This document shows positions 17,933 to 26,197 of a stretch of DNA of 41,983 bases, piece by piece (positions within the stretch are counted from its first letter, which is position 1; each line of letters begins with the position of its first letter). The position numbers and the translations under genes are program-made. This stretch comes from Methanobacteriota archaeon (lineage in GTDB: Archaea; Thermoplasmatota; Poseidoniia; Poseidoniales; Poseidoniaceae). The DNA lies in assembly GCA_002726395.1 (NCBI GenBank), contig PBTA01000046.1, positions 52,772 through 94,754 on the forward strand. The letters are read 5' to 3'. The notes under the pieces were generated by a model. It was not told the origin of the DNA. It saw only the letters and a program-made list of their open reading frames with translations, and did no database searches.

Positions 17933-17961
17933 TTTCAGTTTCACAGCGGCTGAAACTGAAA
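17933..17961 (-). terminator. Hairpin (11-bp stem, 7-nt loop) directly downstream of the lipoprotein gene
   Basis: 'tttcagtttca cagcggc tgaaactgaaa' is a perfect 11-bp inverted repeat located 10 nt after the stop at 17971. The minus-strand RNA reads 'ccuuuauuuucaguuuc...', which is U-rich. Confidence 0.4.
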
Positions 17962-17970
17962 ATAAAGGTG

Positions 17971-18774
17971 TTATTGTTCTTGAGTTGGCAGAGGATTAGG
18001 TTTGCTTTCTTCATCAATATATGTTATTGTTACATCATGGTCAATGTTAACTTGCTCATCATTTGAGTTAAGTTCTACATCTAACGACCAACTTTGTTTA
18101 CCAGGATTGAATTCATCATGAAGCCACTGCGCATTTTGTCCATCAGCAATTTGTTCTTGGCCAGAATCTCGCTCAACACCTTCTCCGCTGAGTAACCAGT
18201 TAACTGAAACAGGGCTACCACCAAAGCCGCCAAGGTTCCCGGGGTTTTCGACAGTTGAGTCGATAGCGATCTTACTAGGTGCATCGCATTCACAATCCGG
18301 ATTGGTATCGATAGTCATAGTACTTGGGTTATCAGTTCCAGATTGTCCCCAAAGAGTGCGTTTATCGATTCTAATTGTTATGCTTTCATTCGCCTCATTT
18401 CCCGCCTCGTCAATCGCCCCTAAAACCGCAGTGAACAAGCCGTGAGTGGCATAATTGTAGGTGATTTCACCAGTATCATTGGCTTGTGCAGTAATCCTGG
18501 AACTGCCGTCCCCGGCTTCAAAATAATAACTTTCAATATTGCCATCGGCAGAGTTAGTATAAGCATAATCGAAGGTTAACTCAACTCCACTAAACGACAC
18601 TTGTTGCCCGTTTTGAACATTTTCTTGAATCATTCCCGATGTAGCATCGTAGTAGATCACTAGGTCAATTGCCGAATCATCATCAGATGAACCCTCCTCA
18701 CTGGTACACCCTGCTAAACAGGCGGAGGCGATGAGCAAACTAAGTAAAACCGCTCGTTTAGCCACATTCCCCAT
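17971..18774 (-). CDS. Secreted lipoprotein with PKD/Ig-like beta-domains
   Basis: Signal peptide plus lipobox 'MGNVAKRAVLLSLLIASACLAGC' (ATG at 18774). The 'GAIDEAGNEANESITIRID' motif (D.AGN) is typical of PKD/Ig-like repeats. The sequence is acidic and Thr/Ser-rich. Confidence 0.72.
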   Translation of the reverse strand: MGNVAKRAVLLSLLIASACLAGCTSEEGSSDDDSAIDLVIYYDATSGMIQENVQNGQQVSFSGVELTFDYAYTNSADGNIESYYFEAGDGSSRITAQANDTGEITYNYATHGLFTAVLGAIDEAGNEANESITIRIDKRTLWGQSGTDNPSTMTIDTNPDCECDAPSKIAIDSTVENPGNLGGFGGSPVSVNWLLSGEGVERDSGQEQIADGQNAQWLHDEFNPGKQSWSLDVELNSNDEQVNIDHDVTITYIDEESKPNPLPTQEQ

Positions 18775-18872
18775 GAACACTATGTGGGGGGCCTGAGTAG
18801 ATAAGTCAATGCCAATCATTAGTAAAATACGGCAGATTTGACACTAAATTGGTTTGTTTCGCCAAGCGGTGG

Positions 18873-18881
18873 TTTGAAAAT
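18873..18881 (+). promoter_or_regulatory. Candidate TATA-like box for the tRNA gene
   Basis: 'tttgaaaat' is centred about 27 nt upstream of tRNA position 1, the expected archaeal TATA spacing. The match to TTTAWATA is weak. Confidence 0.25.
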
Positions 18882-18903
18882 GGGGAATGCGGGCGCTTTG
18901 TAT

Positions 18904-18981
18904 AACGAGGTGGGGTAGTCTGGATATCCCGTCGGGCTCATAACCCGGAGATCGATGGTTCAAATCCATCCCTCGTTACCA
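18904..18981 (+). tRNA. tRNA-Met (anticodon CAT), initiator-type, with genomically encoded CCA
   Basis: Manual cloverleaf fold. The acceptor stem is aacgagg/cctcgtt (A1:U72). The D arm has A14 and G18G19. The anticodon stem is tcggg/cccgg, giving three consecutive G:C pairs at 29-31:39-41. The anticodon loop is ctCATaa. The T arm is gatgg-ttcaaat-ccatc. The discriminator is A, followed by CCA. A1:U72 together with the triple G:C pairs is the hallmark of archaeal initiator tRNA. Confidence 0.9.
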
Positions 18982-19731
18982 TCAACTGTATTCGTAATAG
19001 TCGTGTTTTGGCTTTAGAGAATCAAGTGCACTTTGCAACTTCGCGTTGGCTGCCATCTCACCTTTTTTAATCATCTCGATTTCCCGTGATATCCTGCTTG
19101 CTTGTTCTAAGGCTTGCGGGTTATTTTCAAATTGTGAGTCGCTTAGTAATAATAGAATTTCGTTAGCATCTACTGGAATTAAGTTACTTGGCGCAACCAA
19201 AAACAGTTGGCCACTTTTTGTTACTGGGCCAGAATTTTGTAAAGCAGTAATAAATGTAGTAATCATTTTCTTATCACTGGAAATAAACCTGACTCCATCT
19301 GAAGCAGCGGCAACACAACCATTTGAGGAGTTGTTGGCTTTAGTAAAATATGCCTTTGCTTTGCGCCTTTTTCCCGCCAATGCTAGGCTTTTAGCGCAGC
19401 GATGCAAATCAGTATGAATCAAGCCGATGTTTGAACTTCCTTGGGTAACTTTTTTGCGCTCCCGCAACAATGTTTTGGCGGCGGTAACAGCAAGTGAGTA
19501 TTTTTGACGTAAGGTTAACACATCGCATAATATTTGCAAACCTCTTACTAGCATAATCTGTTCTTGAGAAGTTCTTTTTTTATTACTAAGAAACATTTCA
19601 GTAAACTGTGTTGCCATCACTTCTGACATCTCAAACCGACCATCTTTGATATAACTTTCAAGTTGCATCAAAGTTTGTGCGGGGTCATTCATTCCAAACA
19701 TGGTGATGTTAATCCTATACCCTTCTATCAT
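18982..19731 (-). CDS. Hypothetical protein (249 aa)
   Basis: ATG ORF with a helical N-half. No confident motif. The stop codon directly abuts the 3' end of the tRNA. Confidence 0.6.
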   Translation of the reverse strand: MIEGYRINITMFGMNDPAQTLMQLESYIKDGRFEMSEVMATQFTEMFLSNKKRTSQEQIMLVRGLQILCDVLTLRQKYSLAVTAAKTLLRERKKVTQGSSNIGLIHTDLHRCAKSLALAGKRRKAKAYFTKANNSSNGCVAAASDGVRFISSDKKMITTFITALQNSGPVTKSGQLFLVAPSNLIPVDANEILLLLSDSQFENNPQALEQASRISREIEMIKKGEMAANAKLQSALDSLKPKHDYYEYS

Positions 19732-19804
19732 TTGATGACTTGGTAATTACAATTTCAATGCCCAAAGTAGTTGTAGCAATACCCATTCGGTTGATTTGAG
19801 CAAT

Positions 19805-20326
19805 ATGTCCGTAATCGCGATTACCGGTACTCCTGGAGTTGGAAAAACCACGATTGTGGAGTTGTTCTCAGAGGGCGATTTCACAATTCTTTCGGTAAAA
19901 GACCTAGCCAAACAGTATGGCTGCGAGGGCGACTTTGACGAATTAACGCAAAGCATGGATATTGACATTCATCGATTAGCAGAACAATTCGAACCAGAAT
20001 CATTAGATGGGACGATTGTTGATGGCCATCTGTCTCATTTACTTGATGTTGATGCGATTGTCATGTTGAGGTGCAATCCATCCTTATTGCGTGAAAGATT
20101 AGTCAAAAGAGGTTACAGTGAGACAAAAATAACCGCTAATGTGGAGTGGGAAATGATTGCTGGCACATGGTCTGAGATACTTGAATTTGAACTTGACCAA
20201 CCAATCTTAGAGTTGGATACGACAAATTGCGACCCTAATGCGACCTATGAGAAAATCATTGAATGGATAAACGATGGTCACAGTCAAGAATCGATACAAA
20301 CTAGAATCGATTGGTTGGCAGAGTAA
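19805..20326 (+). CDS. Fap7/AK6-type adenylate kinase-like NTPase (small-subunit ribosome biogenesis factor)
   Basis: The P-loop 'VIAITGTPGVGKTT' sits at the N-terminus. 'VDGHLSHLL...IVMLRCNPSLLRERLVKRGYSETKITANVEWEM' matches archaeal Fap7/AK6. The ATG at 19805 is preferred over the TTG at 19796. Confidence 0.85.
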   Translation: MSVIAITGTPGVGKTTIVELFSEGDFTILSVKDLAKQYGCEGDFDELTQSMDIDIHRLAEQFEPESLDGTIVDGHLSHLLDVDAIVMLRCNPSLLRERLVKRGYSETKITANVEWEMIAGTWSEILEFELDQPILELDTTNCDPNATYEKIIEWINDGHSQESIQTRIDWLAE

Positions 20327-20402
20327 ATTAACGCCACATTTTGTAATCTTTCGGCCGTAACAATCAACCCCCTTATTGAAGTGGGACGGTTTGGTAAGGG
20401 AT

Positions 20403-21107
20403 ATGGCTTTAGAGAAATTACGTAAGGTTTGGGAGCGAACGTTAACTCCTATTGTCGAGGCAATGTCGTGGATGAGTCCAGCGGCAATCACCTGGATTGC
20501 TCTGCCAATCGGCATACTTGGTGGGCTATCTGTTTACTTGGCAACTGCAGATAATCTCGGGGCTGCAATGCTACTTGGCGGTGGAACGTTAATCACTCTG
20601 GCGATGGCATTGGACGGACTAGACGGGCCGGTTGCAAGAGCTACTGGAAGAGTCACTAGATGGGGTGATTATCTTGACCACACCTTTGATCGTTTACTCG
20701 ATGCCGTTTGGATAATCTGTATTTCAGCCTCTATTTTTGTTGATGACATCGTCTTGGGTCTTGCCGCGGCTTGGTTCACTCTGCTTGGCTCATACATGGG
20801 CACCCAGGCTCAGGCGGTTGCAGGAACTCGCAACTATCGTGGGTTTTCTCGGGCTGATAGAACAATCTTGAGCATAGTTGCAATATTTGTAATGGGCATA
20901 TTAGTTTACAATGATAATTATGATTGGGGCAATTACCCTAGCTTATTTGACCACATTCAAATTAATCCGCTGAGTATTGTTGTATTCATTTCGGCCATCG
21001 GCGGAATTTGGACATTCCTGATACGATTTATTCAAGCCCGCCAGCAAATCACTCAAATTGACAAAGATGACCCACTTCCTCAACCTGAAATGGGCAATGA
21101 AGAATGA
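20403..21107 (+). CDS. CDP-alcohol phosphatidyltransferase (archaetidyl-inositol-phosphate/serine synthase-like)
   Basis: 'DGLDGPVARATGRVTRWGDYLDHTFDRLLDA' matches the signature D-G-x2-A-R-x8-G-x3-D-x3-D. Multi-pass membrane protein. The ATG at 20403 is preferred. Confidence 0.88.
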   Translation: MALEKLRKVWERTLTPIVEAMSWMSPAAITWIALPIGILGGLSVYLATADNLGAAMLLGGGTLITLAMALDGLDGPVARATGRVTRWGDYLDHTFDRLLDAVWIICISASIFVDDIVLGLAAAWFTLLGSYMGTQAQAVAGTRNYRGFSRADRTILSIVAIFVMGILVYNDNYDWGNYPSLFDHIQINPLSIVVFISAIGGIWTFLIRFIQARQQITQIDKDDPLPQPEMGNEE

Positions 21108-21196
21108 TTTGACGTTTTCAGGTTTGTCTTAAAATCGGTATTATTTGTTGAAAAAATAGCGGTATGCTCTTAACGGTTGCATGCTAGAAAGGTGTG

Positions 21197-24100
21197 ATGA
21201 GGGGCAGGTCCAAGGCTTATAGTGGGAGAGCCATTGCTACGCTATTGATTTTATTGATGGGTTTTTCCACCTTGCCAATAACCAATGCAAGTAACCTAGA
21301 TACGGGCGATTTGTATCACCTACAGGCACAAGATATATCAGCAGATTTTGATAGTGCTACAGAGCTAACAACGATTACTTGGCGTAACATCGATAGTCTA
21401 GACCAGCCCAACGCACTTGATAATTTCTTTAATGCGGTTTACAAGGTCTATCGACATTCTGAAATTATTGATTCCCAGAATGTAGTTAATGCTACTTTAG
21501 TTGCGCAAGTCGATGCTTGTGACAGTGAGACGTACTCAGTAAAGTATCTCTGTCTTGGAGGGGCTAATGGCTCCCATCCAGGTCACAGTTTCTCATACTT
21601 GGTAGCGCCTGGTACTAATGACTCATTCTATTATGGAATTACCACTTCAATTACCGCACAAGATAACTCCGTGTCCACTTATGATAGTTTTATCAGCAAT
21701 GAATCTGCAACTTATGAGGCAACAATTGAATCTACCACGCCGATAAGATCGCCGTATAATTTACAAGCCAATTTTAATCCAACAACAAGTATTACTACGC
21801 TTTCATGGATTAACTATAATGATATTTTCTTCATCCTGCCCGAAACCGGTCCAAATGCATACGAGACTAGAATTTGGCAATCCTTCTCACCAATTAACCG
21901 TAATACAAGTCAAACATTGCTCGCTAGTGCAACCCCTGTAGCAGAGTTGTCCCCAGGTATCTCAACATATCAACTTCAAATACCCCTAAATACGGATCGT
22001 GAAGTCTATTACGCGATAACTTATGTTCTGCCAAACTACTTACAAGAAGGGCAAGTTTACGAAGATATCCGGTTCTTGTCTAATAATGCGTTACCAGGTC
22101 CATTCGTCGAAGACAATATGCCACCAAGCCCGGTTTCCTCTGTGAATGCAAACTTCCTGTCAAACCCGTCTACAGGCGATGGAATTACCACGGTTACTTG
22201 GCAAGACTTGTCTAATGAAGATGGGGAAAATTATGCCATTTACAGCTCAGGTGAAGCAATCAATCGTACAGATCAATTTGGCGCCGAGCAAATTGGATTA
22301 GTTGGAGAAGAGATTGGTGAATTTGACTTCACCCTCCCAGTAGGGCGTCTAGGGACTTCACATTATTGCGTAGTGGCTGTTGATAAGAACGGAATTTATG
22401 ACCGTGATATCCAGCCACAATCCTGTTCATTCACTTATGAAAATGCCTTTTATGATTGGATAGCAGAACCCACACAAGTCACAGCAACCTTCCTTGGCGA
22501 GTCCCAAACTCTAATCACATGGAATGATCAACTAGGTGCTGAAGGAGAAAAGTATCATATCTGGCGTTCAAATTATCTCGTTGCAGGTAGTCAATTTGTG
22601 GAAAATGTAACAGTTGAATATCAGGGCACGGTTACCGATGGAATCCAACAATTTATGGTTGATTTACCCAGTGAACAAGATAGAACATCATTTTATTTCG
22701 TTACCAGCGAGGCTCTTTACCAACATAATGCCGGGCCTTATCACTATACATCTCTAATCCAAAATTGGGCCGGCCCGGTGTATGAATACACTCAGACGCC
22801 AAATCCAGCCAGAATTAATGAATTACAAGTCGACGGAGAAATAAAGTTATTGACAATCGAATGGCTTAATGACCCACAATTGGATTTTGAAACATATTCT
22901 ATTTGGCGACATACTGGAAACCCATTTGGAGAAAATGAGGACCAAGTATCTATCACTAACATAGAAAATGGTTGGGAGGTCTTTGACGCGACAATAATCG
23001 ACACCGGCTCTTCAATTACCGAGTTTAAATTCACCAGAACTTACAATCTACCTGCTGATGTTGAGATGTCTGTTTGGTATGCCATTGTTGTTGAGGATGA
23101 AGCAGGCAATGTAAATTTAGAATCATTCCCAGGCTCTGGAGGTAATGCTCTGAAAGTGAAAGAAGATACTGTTCCTCCAACTGCCAATTACACCCTGTAT
23201 GATGATGATGGTGAAATATACACTAGTAGTTCATTGACTTCTGGAAGTTATTCGATTCACTTGTTAAGTGATGAATATCTCTTATCGGCTCCAACAATTA
23301 GTTTGGTAACTTCAACCGGCGGAGATATAACTAATTCAGCCAGACAAATGTTACTTTATGCTGATAATTACCTAAATCCAGGCATTGGTCCAGAATATTA
23401 TCTAACTTTCGATGTACAAAATTCAGTCTCTGCTGGAATGATCACCATTGAAACCGCGTTGGTAGACGAAAGCTATAACAGCAATACTATTCAGTGGGAA
23501 GATAGAAGTTTAGACGCTCAAAACCCCGTGTTATCTGTCTATTCTCCATCATCAATGCAAGATGGCTCAAAGTACCTTTACGGCAATAAAATCACCATTA
23601 ACTCTGGTGCTAGCGATGATGTAGAGATTTCAACAGTACAATACAAATTCACCTATAATTACGCAACCGGGGATTCTTCAACAACACCGTGGACATTCCC
23701 GACAAATCTCCAATCATTAGACGAAGATAACAAAACAGTTGTTTTCTCCGAAGAAATAAGTGCAGGAAATTTCGAACCCGGGACTCACGCAGTATCAATT
23801 AGAGCGATAGATTCTGCAGGAAATGAAGTAGTGGAACAGATAATATTCATTGTTGATTATTGTCGAAACAGAATCGATGGAACCACAGTGTGCAACTATG
23901 AAGAATCACTTAAGCCAGAGCCAGAGCCAATAGTAGTTGAACCATCATTTAGCGACCCGCCATACGTCTTTGTTTGGGTGACTTCGAGTATTGCTCTCTT
24001 GGCAATTATATTGATGCTGTTACTAATCAGTTCTGGAATGCGAGGTCCAAAGAAGAAAAAGTCTGATGATGAATATGATGATGACGATTGGATGTCTGAA

Positions 24101-24448
24101 TTTATTGGAACAAGTCAAGATGTCGATATGGACTCAATAACTAATACTAACAAAAGCCTCCCGGTAGAAGAAGAAGAAAAAACAGTTCTTGATGTTGAAG
24201 AACCAGAAGACAAAGAAGAGGATCCATTTGCCGTCAATGTTCTAAGTAGGAAATCTCGAAGAACCAAGGCCAAGGCGGAACCTGAACCAGAGGATGATGA
24301 CGATTCATTCTTTGGTTTGGATGATGATGATTTTGATGATGACGAGGTCGAAGAGAAGCCCAAACCAAGGCGCAAGGTAGGTCGCAAATTAGCGCCCAAA
24401 AATGCGCCAAAGCGTAGGCCCACTAGAAGGAAAAAATCGGATGATTAA
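21197..24448 (+). CDS. Large surface (glyco)protein: signal peptide, five FN3-like modules, Ig/cadherin-like modules, one TM helix and a charged cytoplasmic tail
   Basis: The signal sequence is 'AIATLLILLMGFSTLPITNA'. A module signature recurs five times: 'TTITW..YKVYRHS..FYYGIT', 'TTLSW..YETRIWQS..VYYAIT', 'TTVTW..YAIYSS..HYCVVAV', 'TLITW..YHIWRS..FYFVTS' and 'LTIEW..YSIWRH..VWYAIVV'. 'EDEAGN' and 'IDSAGNE' motifs are present. Many N-x-S/T sequons. The TM helix spans aa 923-948 (nt 23960-24037). Confidence 0.85.
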   Translation: MRGRSKAYSGRAIATLLILLMGFSTLPITNASNLDTGDLYHLQAQDISADFDSATELTTITWRNIDSLDQPNALDNFFNAVYKVYRHSEIIDSQNVVNATLVAQVDACDSETYSVKYLCLGGANGSHPGHSFSYLVAPGTNDSFYYGITTSITAQDNSVSTYDSFISNESATYEATIESTTPIRSPYNLQANFNPTTSITTLSWINYNDIFFILPETGPNAYETRIWQSFSPINRNTSQTLLASATPVAELSPGISTYQLQIPLNTDREVYYAITYVLPNYLQEGQVYEDIRFLSNNALPGPFVEDNMPPSPVSSVNANFLSNPSTGDGITTVTWQDLSNEDGENYAIYSSGEAINRTDQFGAEQIGLVGEEIGEFDFTLPVGRLGTSHYCVVAVDKNGIYDRDIQPQSCSFTYENAFYDWIAEPTQVTATFLGESQTLITWNDQLGAEGEKYHIWRSNYLVAGSQFVENVTVEYQGTVTDGIQQFMVDLPSEQDRTSFYFVTSEALYQHNAGPYHYTSLIQNWAGPVYEYTQTPNPARINELQVDGEIKLLTIEWLNDPQLDFETYSIWRHTGNPFGENEDQVSITNIENGWEVFDATIIDTGSSITEFKFTRTYNLPADVEMSVWYAIVVEDEAGNVNLESFPGSGGNALKVKEDTVPPTANYTLYDDDGEIYTSSSLTSGSYSIHLLSDEYLLSAPTISLVTSTGGDITNSARQMLLYADNYLNPGIGPEYYLTFDVQNSVSAGMITIETALVDESYNSNTIQWEDRSLDAQNPVLSVYSPSSMQDGSKYLYGNKITINSGASDDVEISTVQYKFTYNYATGDSSTTPWTFPTNLQSLDEDNKTVVFSEEISAGNFEPGTHAVSIRAIDSAGNEVVEQIIFIVDYCRNRIDGTTVCNYEESLKPEPEPIVVEPSFSDPPYVFVWVTSSIALLAIILMLLLISSGMRGPKKKKSDDEYDDDDWMSEFIGTSQDVDMDSITNTNKSLPVEEEEKTVLDVEEPEDKEEDPFAVNVLSRKSRRTKAKAEPEPEDDDDSFFGLDDDDFDDDEVEEKPKPRRKVGRKLAPKNAPKRRPTRRKKSDD

Positions 24449-24496
24449 CTGTAATTGGATAGATACCTCAATTAGTGTATTTTCAATCACAATGCC

Positions 24497-25657
24497 ATGG
24501 CAGAGGCAGGTTTAGAGGCAGTCGCTGAGGAAATAGTCGATGAGGTCGAACACGCAATGGATACCTTGCTCGATGCATTTAGCCCGTTTAAGAATAAATT
24601 AAATTGGTTGCTAATCGCTTTACCACTAGCAATTTATTTTAATTACGATCATAACCTCACGATGGCTTTTCTGTTCTCAATGATTGCTATTATGCCCCTA
24701 GCATTTCTCATGGGTAAAGGTACCGAAGAAATCGCTCTGCGTACTGGTGAGGCGATCGGTGGATTTCTCAACGCAACGTTTGGCAATGCTGCTGAATTAA
24801 TCATTGTTGGACTTGCCATTTATGCTGCCTCAAAAGACCCTGATATTGTTGATACAATGGTAACTGTCACCCAAGCATCCCTAATTGGTTCGATACTTGG
24901 CAATATGCTGCTTGTACTGGGCTTAGCATTGGTTTGGGGGGGACTAAAGCATAAGGAACAAACTTTCAACAGTGACGCAATTCAAATGAACGGAACACTG
25001 CTATTACTGGCAATTGTCGCCTTTATCATTCCAAGTGCACTACATCATTCAGGCGGTACATCAACTGATGTTGAAATTATATCTCGTTATGCAGCAATAG
25101 TTTTGTTGGTTATCTATGGACTTGCTTTACTGTTCCAACTCAAAACTCATGCCCACGTATTTGCTACAGAACCGGGGCACGGCCATCATGAGGACCCTAC
25201 AATGACCAACAAAGATGCCTGGACATTACTAATCGCAGCAACTGTATTAGTTGCTTGGATGGCTCATATCTTAGTACATAGTCTAGAGGCTGCAGTAGAT
25301 GAATGGGGATTGCCTGAACTATTTATCGGAGTAATTCTGCTGCCGTTCTTTGGTAATGCAGCAGAACACTTTACCGCAGTAATTGTTGCTGGTAAAGACA
25401 AGATGGATTTGTCAATTGCTATCGCAATAGGAAGCAGTGTCCAGATTGCTTTGTTCGCAGCCCCTGCAATGATATTGTTTGCGTGGGCTGTTGGCGTACC
25501 TCTTACCTTAGAATTTGGCATGCTTGAAACGGCCGCAACCTTTGTTGCAGTACTAGTGGTAAATTCAATTTTAGCTGATGGTAAATCAAATTGGCTAGAA
25601 GGTGCAATGCTACTTGGCAGTTATGTCATACTTGCTCTAGCGTTTTTACAATTGTAG
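24497..25657 (+). CDS. Ca2+/H+ antiporter (CaCA/CAX family)
   Basis: Both alpha-repeat signatures are present: 'GNAAELIIVGLA' and 'GNAAEHFTAVIVA'. About 10-11 TM helices. Confidence 0.92.
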   Translation: MAEAGLEAVAEEIVDEVEHAMDTLLDAFSPFKNKLNWLLIALPLAIYFNYDHNLTMAFLFSMIAIMPLAFLMGKGTEEIALRTGEAIGGFLNATFGNAAELIIVGLAIYAASKDPDIVDTMVTVTQASLIGSILGNMLLVLGLALVWGGLKHKEQTFNSDAIQMNGTLLLLAIVAFIIPSALHHSGGTSTDVEIISRYAAIVLLVIYGLALLFQLKTHAHVFATEPGHGHHEDPTMTNKDAWTLLIAATVLVAWMAHILVHSLEAAVDEWGLPELFIGVILLPFFGNAAEHFTAVIVAGKDKMDLSIAIAIGSSVQIALFAAPAMILFAWAVGVPLTLEFGMLETAATFVAVLVVNSILADGKSNWLEGAMLLGSYVILALAFLQL

Positions 25658-26197
25658 GTGGGTTATTTGCACAGAAATGGTAAAATTGGTACTGGCTTAA
25701 TCACCTTGTCAGTGATTATTTGTTTGCTTGGAACCATTGGTTTTACCACAGAAGAAAGTGTTGAAGGCGTGCCAACGCCAAATGTTCCTAATTCAGTATT
25801 TTTTTCTGACGAACCAATCCAATCTAATCCATTGGCATTATTCATCACAGCCAATGCTGAGGTGACCTGGGATCGTAATGATGTTTTTTTGGTAGTCGCA
25901 GACGCTGATAAGAAAGCTCAGTGTGATGGATTAACCTTGATAGAACAAATGGGCAACAATGAACTTTGTACTTCAAGAGATAATGAATTTGAAGCAATTG
26001 GTGACGATAATCAAGCCGGAGTTTCGTGGAACGTCAAGTCTGGTGAATATTTCGTTGGTATTGGAACTATGACCGAGGTTCCAGACGATTTTGAGTTAAA
26101 TGTTGATTATACAGTGGAGATTTCCTTATCTGCTACAGGTTATTTTATCGGATTCATTATTATCATAATTGGTTTTACATTAACCAAATATGAATGA
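25658..26197 (+). CDS. Hypothetical bitopic protein (N- and C-terminal TM helices, acidic extracytoplasmic domain)
   Basis: The ORF starts at a GTG directly after the CAX TAG and in the same frame. An alternative start is the TTG at 25667, preceded by 'aggtgg'. TM segments are 'GLITLSVIICLLGTIGF' and 'GYFIGFIIIIIGFTL'. Confidence 0.5.
   Translation: MGYLHRNGKIGTGLITLSVIICLLGTIGFTTEESVEGVPTPNVPNSVFFSDEPIQSNPLALFITANAEVTWDRNDVFLVVADADKKAQCDGLTLIEQMGNNELCTSRDNEFEAIGDDNQAGVSWNVKSGEYFVGIGTMTEVPDDFELNVDYTVEISLSATGYFIGFIIIIIGFTLTKYE

Noticed and set aside
17865-17955. Possible C/D-box sRNA (ATGATT elements plus CTGA) in the radA upstream spacer.
   Set aside because: Neither element matches the canonical RUGAUGA C box, because the second GA is missing. 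There is no terminal stem or D'/C' arrangement. The CTGA lies inside the hairpin stem-loop.
18775-18903. Replication origin or tRNA-linked integration site (G-strings 'gggggg' and 'gggg' in spacers flanking the tRNA and radA).
   Set aside because: No orc1/cdc6 gene is nearby and there are no repeated ORB-like elements. There is no integrase, and I could not see any duplication of the tRNA 3' half. The spacers are too short.
24115-24423. 102-aa Ser-rich minus-strand ORF.
   Set aside because: It is the antisense reading of the GAT/GAA/GAG-rich acidic tail of the surface protein, where Asp/Glu codons read as Ser/Ile/Phe/Leu on the other strand. This is a typical low-complexity shadow ORF.
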